In this document: positions 15,901 through 25,089 of the stretch, one piece after another
Layout: each line of letters begins with the position of its first letter
Numbering within the stretch: the first letter of the stretch is position 1
Origin: Thermoplasmata archaeon
GTDB lineage: Archaea; Thermoplasmatota; Thermoplasmata; GCA-020350865
Direction: 5' to 3'
Assembly: GCA_020348445.1 (NCBI GenBank)
Contig: CP070751.1
Coordinates: forward strand, 3,031,185-3,056,273
DNA length: 25,089 nt
The notes under the pieces: model-generated
Told to the model about the DNA's origin: nothing
The model's input: only the letters and a program-made list of their open reading frames with translations
Databases searched by the model: none
Translations under genes and position numbers: made by a program

Positions 15901-16536
15901 ATGCTCAGAGAATGTAGAGAACACGGTTACTTCAGGGGTGAGGACTGCCCCATCTGCGGCGAAGAGGGCAAATTCCTGGCAAGTGAGCGAGAGCTAGATA
16001 ATATCGGAAGACTTATGGCAGGCGTCCTGAGACATTTTCCCGAGAGGTTCGGATTGGACATGGACGAGCACGGCTGGATCGATATGAGGGAATTCATAAC
16101 CGCCGTCCAAATGAGACGGAGGGACTTTCATTGGCTCAGGCCCCATCATATCCATGCCGTGATAGAAACAGATCCAAAGGGAAGATACCAGTTCAAAAAC
16201 GGGGCCATCCGGGCCACGTACGGGCATTCGTTCGAAGTGGATCTGGAGCTCCCCTCGGATGATATACCAGATAAGCTCTTCTATCCCACAACCGAGGAGG
16301 AGGTGGATATCCTCCTTGAGACGGGTATCAGACCCTCTGACAGAAAGAAGGTCCATCTGAGCAAAACGTACAACGATGCAGAGATAGCAGGAAAACACAG
16401 GGTCGAGAACCCCATTATACTCTCTGTGGATACAAAGTACGCCCAAGACAAGGGAATAACCATCCAAAAAGCAGGGAAGACTGTGTACATCACAGATACT
16501 ATACCTGCAGAATACATAAAAAAGGCAGAGAAATAA
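15901..16536 (+). CDS. kptA: RNA 2'-phosphotransferase (Tpt1/KptA) with an N-terminal Zn-ribbon
   Basis: CREHGYFRGEDCPIC N-terminus, LRH...LDMDEHGW, KGRY...IRATYGHS, GIRPSDRKKVHLS and A..AG.HR motifs. Confidence 0.95.
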   Translation: MLRECREHGYFRGEDCPICGEEGKFLASERELDNIGRLMAGVLRHFPERFGLDMDEHGWIDMREFITAVQMRRRDFHWLRPHHIHAVIETDPKGRYQFKNGAIRATYGHSFEVDLELPSDDIPDKLFYPTTEEEVDILLETGIRPSDRKKVHLSKTYNDAEIAGKHRVENPIILSVDTKYAQDKGITIQKAGKTVYITDTIPAEYIKKAEK

Positions 16537-17607
16537 TTATCTTCTTTTTTTCCTGGTCCTGTCCCAGGTAAGCAGTATTGTTAAGAATCCCATTATGAAT
16601 ATGAAAACGGCCTCGATCAATCGACCAACAGGATCACCGCTTACATCATCCGGATTCGCTGCCATTACCTGGCTGACGTAGAATACAGGGATGCTCAGTA
16701 CCGTCATCAGCATACCCTCGACGTACATGACCCTTGTGGCGCCTGGGCTGTAATAACCCCTTCCCATAATGGTCCTTCTTCTCATAAAGAAGGCTGCGAT
16801 GAAGAAGAAGAAAGCGATCACCTCTAAGAAAAACACCAATCCGGAATTGAAGATCATAATGGGTCTCACTTCTCTTGCAGGCCGATCTCCCACATAAATC
16901 GTCATTTTCAACACATTGTCGCCGTTTTCGAATTCCAACAAGTTTCCGGCTTCGTTGATCCTTATCTCGATCTCATGCTCGCCTTCGTCAGCCTTGGAGA
17001 AAATATGTTTCATGTTCACTGTCTCTGTACTATTTGCGGGTACATCCACTGTTTGATTGCCTATCAAGGTTCCATCCACATAAAACGAAATCACTGCACC
17101 TTTAACATCAAATTGAGTGGGATTTTTTATGGTGGCGGTTATGTTCATTGGGATAGGCTCGAACACCTCGATTATTTGTATCACATCCCCGCTGTAGGCG
17201 ATATTTGATGCATTTGTGAAGGAAGAGCCGTTCACTATCAATGTGATGGTCTGGGCAGTATCAGGTGCCGTTACATTGATTTTGAAGGTGGGATCTTCAG
17301 AAGTGGCGTTTTCGGGTACCAATATTCCCCCTATAGTCGATGGATCTTCACCTTCCAGCCTGGCAACATAGCTCCAATTTCCACCCACGACTGCCTCCTC
17401 TGCGGGTCCGCCTGTTATCTTGATGGTGTATTCGGCAGTTCCATTTGTCTGTAATATGTTAGGTCCATCAATGAACACATGTACTTCGTCGGATTGGGCC
17501 TCGCTTTGACCAGGGATAAACGCCAAGGCTAATATGAGGGAACACATAATAGAGAGGATCAAAAGGACATACCAAGGCCTATTTACTCTTTTTATAAATC
17601 CCCTCAT
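16537..17607 (-). CDS. CARDB/Ig-like domain membrane protein
   Basis: N-terminal hydrophobic/signal segment, extracellular Ig-like domain (I.NP...V.FYVDG..IG..TV.V.AN...GEHEIEI...E...GDN) and three C-terminal TM segments. Its ATG overlaps the aglB stop (ATGA). Confidence 0.8.
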   Translation of the reverse strand: MRGFIKRVNRPWYVLLILSIMCSLILALAFIPGQSEAQSDEVHVFIDGPNILQTNGTAEYTIKITGGPAEEAVVGGNWSYVARLEGEDPSTIGGILVPENATSEDPTFKINVTAPDTAQTITLIVNGSSFTNASNIAYSGDVIQIIEVFEPIPMNITATIKNPTQFDVKGAVISFYVDGTLIGNQTVDVPANSTETVNMKHIFSKADEGEHEIEIRINEAGNLLEFENGDNVLKMTIYVGDRPAREVRPIMIFNSGLVFFLEVIAFFFFIAAFFMRRRTIMGRGYYSPGATRVMYVEGMLMTVLSIPVFYVSQVMAANPDDVSGDPVGRLIEAVFIFIMGFLTILLTWDRTRKKRR

Positions 17608-20600
17608 CTTGCATCCCTCCTTCTTTTTACTGCAAAGGCCACCAAAAGCAGCGAGACAATCAATATTAATCCCTCAAATCCCGGAATAGGTTCTCTGTTC
17701 AATGCACCCTCCGAGATATCCTCACCCGTTACAGTAAGATCATCCTCCCCGATCTCTAGATTTGACAAGGTGACATTCAGTTCGAAAGTTGATGTCATAT
17801 TGGAATTTGTGGAAACCGCGGTTATGATGACCATGGCATTAAATTCTGTTGTGTTGTAGGGAATATAAAAGATCAGTATCACACTTTCTTCCCTTCCTGC
17901 CTTTATGTCCAACTCTGTCTCACTCAATGTAAATTCCCAATTCTCGGGAATCCCTGATAAGCTGAGGTTGAAAACATCATTTCCATTGCCTATATTCGTA
18001 ATATTCACAGTGTAATTCAATGTATTGTTGCTGGCGATTATCGGTGCTACGCCCAAGGAAAGGTTCGCAGCTTTATAAACCTGGGAGATGTTCACAAATA
18101 CTTCAATTGTGTCCAATTTATCAGGGGCATTTCGGGAGCTTGCCTCAATAAAAATCTCTCCATGGTCTACTTTGGCATCAGCCGTTGTCTGTATGTTTAC
18201 CTCGAATATATCCCATTCCCCTATACCGAGGGATATGTTGTCCGGGAATGTCAGGTTCCAATCAGGGACACCCGTTTTTCTTAGGTCAAATATTTCTTCG
18301 ATATTGCCGGTATTTCTTATACTTATGTTGTATGTCACACTCTCGTTTTGGTTAAGCAGTACTGCTTGCCCTTCGATCCATTCCAACTCTACGCTGTACT
18401 CTTTGATTTTGCTGAGATTCATAAATACAGGCATATGGTCTGTAACTTCCACCCATTGCCTATAGGTATAATTCATGGACATGTTGTACTCAAAAGTGGT
18501 AAGTTTTGCTTCTGTAAGATAGGAGCCGCTGGGGAGCCAGACCTCAAACAATCCCTGGTCATTGGAAGATGTTGGGAGTCTGCCTCCATTATTGAATTCC
18601 AATTGTGCTGGGGCACTTAGGTTCTCATACGTGGAATTGAAGTAGTAAGCAGCGCCATAGATCCTATTGCCAGATTCGAGGGCAACGTCGATTTTAAGGT
18701 TCTCCTTTGGATTCACATCCACCTTTCCGAGATATACAAAAGCATCCATACCCTCGACCTTTCTGGCGTACAAGGAGTACTCACCCATGCTAAGATCTAC
18801 GCTGTAATTGCCGTCGAGATCTGATACAGTGGTTTTGTTTTGCGCATTTGGAGTAAGTGCCCAGAACCAAAGTCCGCAATAGCTTGTGGGATTCCCTGAA
18901 ACATTGATTGTGCCCCTTACAGTTAAATTCTCAGGTGTGATGGGAATATCCATATGGGTTTCTGTTTCAATTGCTGTTATATTGAGCTTTTCATCCAATA
19001 TGGGGAAGCCCGAGGTCAAGGTGATGTTGTAAGTCTCGTTATAAATCAGGAATGCCTCGTAATGACCATGTTCGTCGGTGACCGCCTCTTGGGTATCAAA
19101 ATCGCCTTCATAATTTATAACTATGTTTTCCATGCCCTCCTCTAAATCGATTTCACCGTCACCGTCAAAATCTAGATACACTGTACCGTTCACCTGAATA
19201 TACTTTTCAAGGTCGATGTCCCACTCTGAAATATGCTCTGCCGTCACATCCAGGATTCCGGAAAATGTGTATTTGACAGTCTCTTCATTTTCTGGTTGTG
19301 TTTGATTTACAGTGACTTCATAGGTTCTATTTGGAGGCAGGTACCATCTATATCCTCCCTCGCTGTCCGTGAAGGCAGCTGTGGAGCCATTTGCGAAAAA
19401 AGTAATAGCTATATTAACTTGCGGACCGTTATCGTAATAAACACTGCCGTTTATCCTGACTCCCATGGATAGATTCAACTTAAAGTCACGGGACTCGCTG
19501 AAGTTGAACGTATCGAGATATACATAGGCGATGTCTTCATCTATGGGGTGGGTGACGGTGACTGTATATTCGCCCGGTACCAAATAGAATTCGAAGGCGG
19601 CGTTTTGGGATAATTCACTGAATATATTGCCATCTGCAGCCACGAAGTGAACAGAGATATCCTCAAGCGTTCCGTTAATAGTGCCGTTGATTCTGATGTT
19701 CTTGGTCAGGTTGAGGCTCAAATCCCTGCTTCCCTCGCCTATCTCAAGATCAATTGTTTCCTCGTACAGGTATCGCACAGTTTTATTGTTCTCAGTTGTG
19801 TTGTAAAACACTATAATGTTATACTCCCCGGGCGAAAGTCCAAGGGAATAATATCCACTTTCACTTGAGTTTATCGAGGTGTTTTCGCCGCCTGTTAGCG
19901 CAACGGCAACAAAAGAAATCGATACATTATCCACGGCCGAGCCCTCATACTGGGTATAACCGGATAATGTGATATTAATAGGTGTCATTTTGAACTCTTT
20001 TTGTTCCTCCAATTCAGTTATATTCAAAGACGTGAGATTGAAGTCCCTAAATCCAAATTGCTTTACAATAAAGGTGTAGTTTCCGACGGTGGGAAGGTTC
20101 ACAGAATAGGCACCATTTGAATCGGTACTTCTCTTAATTTCGTTTCCGTTGTCGTCGGTTATGGTTATGGCGACATATGACAGCCCCTCTGTATCATCCC
20201 TCTCATCGTTTTTATTTAGATCATGATAAGCATAGCTTTTAATCTCTCTTCCTTGTTCCAATTGAAAATCGTACTCTACCCTTCCCATTTGGGTGAGGGA
20301 GAACCTTTCGATACCTGTATTTTTATTGGAATCGTACGTGGCATAAACAGTGTAGTCCCCCAAGGGTAGGAACACGCGGTAAAAACCGGTGAAGTTGCCA
20401 GTTACACTTCGTATACCATTTGAATTTTTAAATGATATCTCTACATAGGATCTCCTCTCAACAGATTCTATGGTGCCGTTTTCATTTGCATCCATGTATA
20501 TAATTCCATACACCTCAGCAGTTCTTTCAAGAGCAATGTCATTGGTAATTGAACCCCCGACAGCATCGATTTCACCCAGAAATACATAGGGCGTCTCGGC

Positions 20601-23600
20601 ACCAAGATCGTGTTTCACCTGGATTTGGTACCGGCCGTTTCTGAGCTTAACTGAGTAGGCCCCATTCTCGTCTGTTTGTGCGAACTTGGTAATACCCTCG
20701 ATTTCCTCTTGCCCATCAAATCTTATGGTGGCATTTGCAACTTCCTTTGTATCCTCTGCCTTTGTTACAGTGCCCGAAACTTCAGTTGCAGGTGTTATAT
20801 CTATGTGCTCCACCGTATGATTTCCCTGATCCATTGCAATTTCTTTTTGATAGCTTTCATAGCCTGGTATTTCAATATGAATGGTATAATTTCCCGGCAA
20901 CAACATATCAAAGTTATAGATGCCTTCAGAATCGGTGGATACTGTAAGATATGTATCGTTGGTCATATCCAGAAGTTTTATTTCCTCACCCACGATACGA
21001 TCCCCTTCCATGGAGGTTATGTTACCACGCAGATTGCCTGGTTTAACAATGATGTCCCTGGAATCATGTCTTCCGTCCTTCAAAGTTACAGTCTCTTCCA
21101 AGGTGATGTTATGACCATATATATCGGCTGAAATTTCGTACACCCCTGGAGATAGATCATAGAATGAAAATGTACCATTCTCAGGGGTAATTAGGGAAAA
21201 TTCTCTATCCAGATCCATATTGTACAATGTGACCTTTGCAGAGGAAATGTTGATGTCTTCCTCAGGATCGTACATATCATTGGTATTGTTGTCCCAAAAT
21301 ACCCTTCCCTCAAATATGTTTGGCTCGACTTCAAAATCCTTGACGATGTTATAATCCCAGATGCCATCATTATCCAAGTCTATTTCCCTTCTCATGACTT
21401 GATCATCAGATATGATGATGTTCGTTTTATTTAACTCGATGGTTTCTACCTGGGCCATTATTCCAAAGGCAGCGGTTTCTCCCTCGCCGAATCCTCCCGA
21501 GCTTACATATACAGTGACATTTCCTTCACATGCTATTAGGTTGTAGGAGCCATTTTCATCTGTTAGTATAGTATCATGTGGTATACCGTACTCGTCTAAA
21601 ACAGTGACCCTAGCATTTTGTATAGGGGTACCTTTTCTTGTTTTTACTGTGCCGTTCAGATATGCACCTTCATAGTACTTTATAAACACCACACCTGATC
21701 TGAGGCCTGAGGTTACGACTCCCCCTTCTCCTTGTTCATCGATTTCACCGTTTCTGTCGTTGTCTAGACCGTCGCTCTCCCGTTCTTTTATGAGTTCATT
21801 TGCTTCTATTTCTGACATGGCCAGCCATGCATCGGGATGATATCGATATTCTGTTTGATTGTAGGGATTCCAATATGCGGTTCTATAAACGAGCTGGAAA
21901 TGCTTCATCATCCATGCCGGCATTGGGATATAATTGGTGGCGTGTACACCTGGAAGATTTGGATCGACATTTTGTTCCTGTTTAGGATCGGCTACACCGA
22001 TGTCATCCAAGGTGTACCCAATAAAGCATTTCATGAGCATAGATTCTAAAAAGGGCTCGTAATACTTCAGGTTGTAACCGCTGATTTCCAGGTTCGGATT
22101 GGCTTCCAGGGCATCTCCGAACTCGCTGGCAGAATATTCCCTGCCGTCGGACGCCTTGATGAAGGTTTCTAGAAAATCATATGGTTCGTTATTCTTGGAT
22201 ATCCTGTGGTCAGAGAGCTTCAAGGGAGCATAGTAGATACCTGTGTTCCCCGGGCCGTACGGAAACAGCCTTGAATCTATGGCAAAGTACCTGAGACTGT
22301 AGCCTGTTTCCTCCTGAAGGTCGTGGAGCAACCAAACCCTTTCATCATCGGTAAGAAACTCTGGTATCCAAGTCTGAAGAACCGCGTATATGGTGGTTAC
22401 ATGCGGAACAATATCTGATGAGTAATATCCATATCTATCGGGATTATTCAGAACCTCGTTCTTATATTTCGTGGGATTGATGAGAACATCCTCTACCTCG
22501 TCCGCTTTTTCCTGGCCAAAATATTTCACCATTATGCTTTTTACATTATCATGTATCCCGAATCTTTCGTGCTCTCTGTAATAAACGGCAATATCCCCCT
22601 CGATGATCCTCGCTATCAAAAGGGATTGTGCCTGGCTTTCATTTTTGGCCGAGATGAAGGAACCAGCGTACTGTACCCTCCCCTGAAAGTTATCGGCAGC
22701 TGTGGGATGTTGTCCAAGGTAAATGGCCCAGAATCCGTAGTCCCACCAGGAGATGAACGCAGGCCTCTTTTCAATGGGAAGCTCGGTATCCTGCTCAGAG
22801 AGCCAACGCATTCCGTCCAGCCAGTAATCGGATGGAAATCCATGTCCAAAGGCACCAAAGTACTTGAGTTCGTTTTGATTTGTTCTGTTGTACATGATGT
22901 TGACACCGTCTGGATAGCGCGATGTGTTACCACGCTCGTCGTAGTTGTACTCCTGGGGTTTCATGAACCACGGTAGAGCATCATAGACTGCCACATCAAC
23001 ATCTTTCTTTTCTCCGAAAGGAACCCCCGCGTCCCAGCCAAGCCATATATTTGGGAGAAATATCATGAATACCAAAAACAGTACACCTACGATGTGGCTT
23101 ACCTTGACACTTTTTTTCATTGCATAGAATCTTCCGCCGCCCTTTAAACTTCTATAATGCTTCATCATCTTTCTAAAGTCCAGTTTTACTATGATCTCAT
23201 AAACCATCCAACCAGCCAAAATCGCAAATATGGGGCCGGCATTGAATATGAATCTTGTAGCGGAAATAGCCATGTAAACCGCGGTTATACCCCAAATCGT
23301 CATGAACAGGTAATGGGCCTTCAGATCCTTTGCCACCCTTATTATGGAGATCAATATGGCGTAAAGGGCAAGGAACGTTGTCACGATACCGTAGGAGAAC
23401 ATGGCCCTACTGTAGTCTGGGGCCTGTGCCTCTGCAATGGTGGAGAACACCTTGTTTTCAGCAAAATATCCCTGTCCGCTGAAGTAGGTGCTTCCTATAT
23501 CGGGAAAGACATACATCAGAAGAACGAATCCACAGATGATCACGACCGCGAGGATCGAGAACACCAACAACCACGGGCTGTCCCTAGTGGGCACTAAAAC

Positions 23601-24782
23601 CGCGCTGATTATTATTACCGCCAAAAGTATCTCTGAAGCTGGTTCTATTATATATGGCATACGATTGCCATAATAGTAGGGCATTGGCAAGAACGCAACC
23701 ACAGCCAATGCGATTATGGTGATTAATGAGACACCCAGCGAATCCTTGTTCCTCAATTTGTTCAGAACCAACTGGATAAAGAAGTACACTATGATGATGA
23801 CAACAGGATAAAGGAATCCCTTCCATATCAACGCGATCGACGCCAAAGAAAGACCTGTGAAAAGTGCAAAGGCCACTGCATTCTGATTGTACTTGAACCA
23901 TTCTAAAAGTCCCTTTGGGATGTCCCTTGGATTCATCCAGTTGTTTACCCATTTATCCCTGACAACCAGGGAGTTAAGTGCTCTTATGAAGAAGAAGAAG
24001 GCGAGCACCACAAGGAACAGGACTATGGCATCGTGATCTGAGAAACCCAAAGGAGAACGCTCCACGTGAGACGGCATGGTGGAAACCAAAAAGGCACAGA
24101 TCAAACCAGCCTTTCTGTTGAACATCTCCTTGCCGATGAGATATACAGGAATGGCTGTTAAAGCCCCCCAGAATGCTGGAGAGAACTCCATAACCTGCCA
24201 TGTGGATGTTGTTACATCTCCACCGAACAATGGCGAGAGTACCAAGCCTAAAATGGCCACTGACCAGTCGAACATGGGCGGACGGGGATTCAAAGCCCCA
24301 TCTGGATAACTTAGGAGAGGATCGAAGATCAGATGATGATGCTCCGCTTGAACGTAGTCCACAACTCTTTTGTGGTAATATGGGTCATTACCTGAGAGGA
24401 TGAATCCGTTTTCAGTTGCAGGACCATAATAGAAATAGCTTCTTAGGAACAATCCGAACAGGAAGATTAGGAATAAAGCGAGCATGGTCTTCCAGTTCTG
24501 GGAGAGCCACAGTCTTCCCTGGGATATTTCCCTTTCTTCTTCATCCCAATCCATTTTAGCGGCTTTCTTGTCCTTTCTGCGCTTTTTGGCAATACGTCTG
24601 CGAACTGGCTCTTCATCATCATCACTCTCAGCAAGTCTTTTTTTCCTTCTGAGCCTACCTAGGCGCACACGCCCAGATGTGTCGTCGTCTTCATCTATGA
24701 TTTCGTCTTCCTCTTCCATTTTCTCCCACCAAAGGGGTGAATCCGATATATTATTCATATTTATTAATTTTCCCTCGCTCAT
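17604..24782 (-). CDS. aglB: Oligosaccharyltransferase AglB/STT3 with a long C-terminal beta-sandwich extension and PGF-CTERM-like tail
   Basis: Multi-TM N-terminal half with GNDPYYH, DHD and SWWDYG motifs. About 1300 aa of carboxypeptidase-regulatory-like repeats (G.V...GT.I.NA.V....D.NG.Y.F..L.PG.Y) follow, ending in IPGFEGLILIVSLLLVAFAVKRRR. Confidence 0.95.
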   Translation of the reverse strand: MSEGKLINMNNISDSPLWWEKMEEEDEIIDEDDDTSGRVRLGRLRRKKRLAESDDDEEPVRRRIAKKRRKDKKAAKMDWDEEEREISQGRLWLSQNWKTMLALFLIFLFGLFLRSYFYYGPATENGFILSGNDPYYHKRVVDYVQAEHHHLIFDPLLSYPDGALNPRPPMFDWSVAILGLVLSPLFGGDVTTSTWQVMEFSPAFWGALTAIPVYLIGKEMFNRKAGLICAFLVSTMPSHVERSPLGFSDHDAIVLFLVVLAFFFFIRALNSLVVRDKWVNNWMNPRDIPKGLLEWFKYNQNAVAFALFTGLSLASIALIWKGFLYPVVIIIVYFFIQLVLNKLRNKDSLGVSLITIIALAVVAFLPMPYYYGNRMPYIIEPASEILLAVIIISAVLVPTRDSPWLLVFSILAVVIICGFVLLMYVFPDIGSTYFSGQGYFAENKVFSTIAEAQAPDYSRAMFSYGIVTTFLALYAILISIIRVAKDLKAHYLFMTIWGITAVYMAISATRFIFNAGPIFAILAGWMVYEIIVKLDFRKMMKHYRSLKGGGRFYAMKKSVKVSHIVGVLFLVFMIFLPNIWLGWDAGVPFGEKKDVDVAVYDALPWFMKPQEYNYDERGNTSRYPDGVNIMYNRTNQNELKYFGAFGHGFPSDYWLDGMRWLSEQDTELPIEKRPAFISWWDYGFWAIYLGQHPTAADNFQGRVQYAGSFISAKNESQAQSLLIARIIEGDIAVYYREHERFGIHDNVKSIMVKYFGQEKADEVEDVLINPTKYKNEVLNNPDRYGYYSSDIVPHVTTIYAVLQTWIPEFLTDDERVWLLHDLQEETGYSLRYFAIDSRLFPYGPGNTGIYYAPLKLSDHRISKNNEPYDFLETFIKASDGREYSASEFGDALEANPNLEISGYNLKYYEPFLESMLMKCFIGYTLDDIGVADPKQEQNVDPNLPGVHATNYIPMPAWMMKHFQLVYRTAYWNPYNQTEYRYHPDAWLAMSEIEANELIKERESDGLDNDRNGEIDEQGEGGVVTSGLRSGVVFIKYYEGAYLNGTVKTRKGTPIQNARVTVLDEYGIPHDTILTDENGSYNLIACEGNVTVYVSSGGFGEGETAAFGIMAQVETIELNKTNIIISDDQVMRREIDLDNDGIWDYNIVKDFEVEPNIFEGRVFWDNNTNDMYDPEEDINISSAKVTLYNMDLDREFSLITPENGTFSFYDLSPGVYEISADIYGHNITLEETVTLKDGRHDSRDIIVKPGNLRGNITSMEGDRIVGEEIKLLDMTNDTYLTVSTDSEGIYNFDMLLPGNYTIHIEIPGYESYQKEIAMDQGNHTVEHIDITPATEVSGTVTKAEDTKEVANATIRFDGQEEIEGITKFAQTDENGAYSVKLRNGRYQIQVKHDLGAETPYVFLGEIDAVGGSITNDIALERTAEVYGIIYMDANENGTIESVERRSYVEISFKNSNGIRSVTGNFTGFYRVFLPLGDYTVYATYDSNKNTGIERFSLTQMGRVEYDFQLEQGREIKSYAYHDLNKNDERDDTEGLSYVAITITDDNGNEIKRSTDSNGAYSVNLPTVGNYTFIVKQFGFRDFNLTSLNITELEEQKEFKMTPINITLSGYTQYEGSAVDNVSISFVAVALTGGENTSINSSESGYYSLGLSPGEYNIIVFYNTTENNKTVRYLYEETIDLEIGEGSRDLSLNLTKNIRINGTINGTLEDISVHFVAADGNIFSELSQNAAFEFYLVPGEYTVTVTHPIDEDIAYVYLDTFNFSESRDFKLNLSMGVRINGSVYYDNGPQVNIAITFFANGSTAAFTDSEGGYRWYLPPNRTYEVTVNQTQPENEETVKYTFSGILDVTAEHISEWDIDLEKYIQVNGTVYLDFDGDGEIDLEEGMENIVINYEGDFDTQEAVTDEHGHYEAFLIYNETYNITLTSGFPILDEKLNITAIETETHMDIPITPENLTVRGTINVSGNPTSYCGLWFWALTPNAQNKTTVSDLDGNYSVDLSMGEYSLYARKVEGMDAFVYLGKVDVNPKENLKIDVALESGNRIYGAAYYFNSTYENLSAPAQLEFNNGGRLPTSSNDQGLFEVWLPSGSYLTEAKLTTFEYNMSMNYTYRQWVEVTDHMPVFMNLSKIKEYSVELEWIEGQAVLLNQNESVTYNISIRNTGNIEEIFDLRKTGVPDWNLTFPDNISLGIGEWDIFEVNIQTTADAKVDHGEIFIEASSRNAPDKLDTIEVFVNISQVYKAANLSLGVAPIIASNNTLNYTVNITNIGNGNDVFNLSLSGIPENWEFTLSETELDIKAGREESVILIFYIPYNTTEFNAMVIITAVSTNSNMTSTFELNVTLSNLEIGEDDLTVTGEDISEGALNREPIPGFEGLILIVSLLLVAFAVKRRRDAR

Positions 24783-24866
24783 TATCTTTTGAGGGCTTGA
24801 TCTTAAGGTATTTTGTTTTTTTTTAGAAAAAATTGTTAATATCCCTCAAATTATCCAATGCGTCTT

Positions 24867-25067
24867 TTAAAATCGGGTTTGAACGTGGTTTTGTTGGGGT
24901 GAATCTGACATTTCATGTTGATCTGAAATCTTGGCTATATTTGAAGTTGATAGGACATCCTGTCTTTTTTGTAGGGCAGAAAAGAGCATTATGGTCAGTA
25001 ACAGGATCACCTGCAAGAGCGTGAATCTCTCTTTTATCGCTGTTTTGTCCCTGAATCTCAGTAACAT
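24867..25067 (-). CDS. Possible small membrane protein (66 aa)
   Basis: GGTGA RBS 6 nt before the ATG and one hydrophobic stretch (LLQVILLLTIMLFSAL). No recognisable family. Confidence 0.3.
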   Translation of the reverse strand: MLLRFRDKTAIKERFTLLQVILLLTIMLFSALQKRQDVLSTSNIAKISDQHEMSDSPQQNHVQTRF

Positions 25068-25089
25068 CGCTTTTCACCGATTTAACTAT

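Overview
This is an archaeal window, probably Thermoplasmatota (inferred from the giant AglB, the Zn-ribbon KptA and GGAGGT/GGTGA ribosome-binding sites). The left end carries a 5'-truncated giant GLUG/LamG/cadherin-like surface protein gene (+). The right half is housekeeping: an RNase P RNA gene (rnpB, ~15387-15757, minus strand, absent from the ORF track), kptA, a CARDB-type membrane protein and a 2392-aa aglB. Between them (~5.9-15.4 kb) lies the main result: five further direct copies of the last ~20 nt of rnpB (TGAAGGACATAAGCCCCCTT on +) at 6007, 8343 (partial), 10604, 12780 and 13345. The four full-length copies lose identity to rnpB at the same nucleotide inside the gene. The copies divide the region into five cargo units (four of 2.05-2.34 kb, one of 0.57 kb) whose genes all run in the rnpB direction. 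No integrase or transposase is visible in the window. The junctions are built from shared non-coding modules: a ~80-nt structured repeat (4 copies), a 93-95-nt double-hairpin insert with fixed-length variable loops (3 copies), a ~200-bp portable leader (2 copies) and conserved arms. Cargo includes an S8 protease with a stand-alone propeptide-like partner, a transglutaminase-like protein, a ComEC/Rec2-type MBL hydrolase with a DUF3006-like partner, a secreted GLUG protein, and two small ORFs missed by the track (39-aa AN1-like Zn finger, 55-aa hypothetical). The repeats are seen directly in the sequence. The interpretation as an rnpB-anchored, integron-like cassette array is inference.
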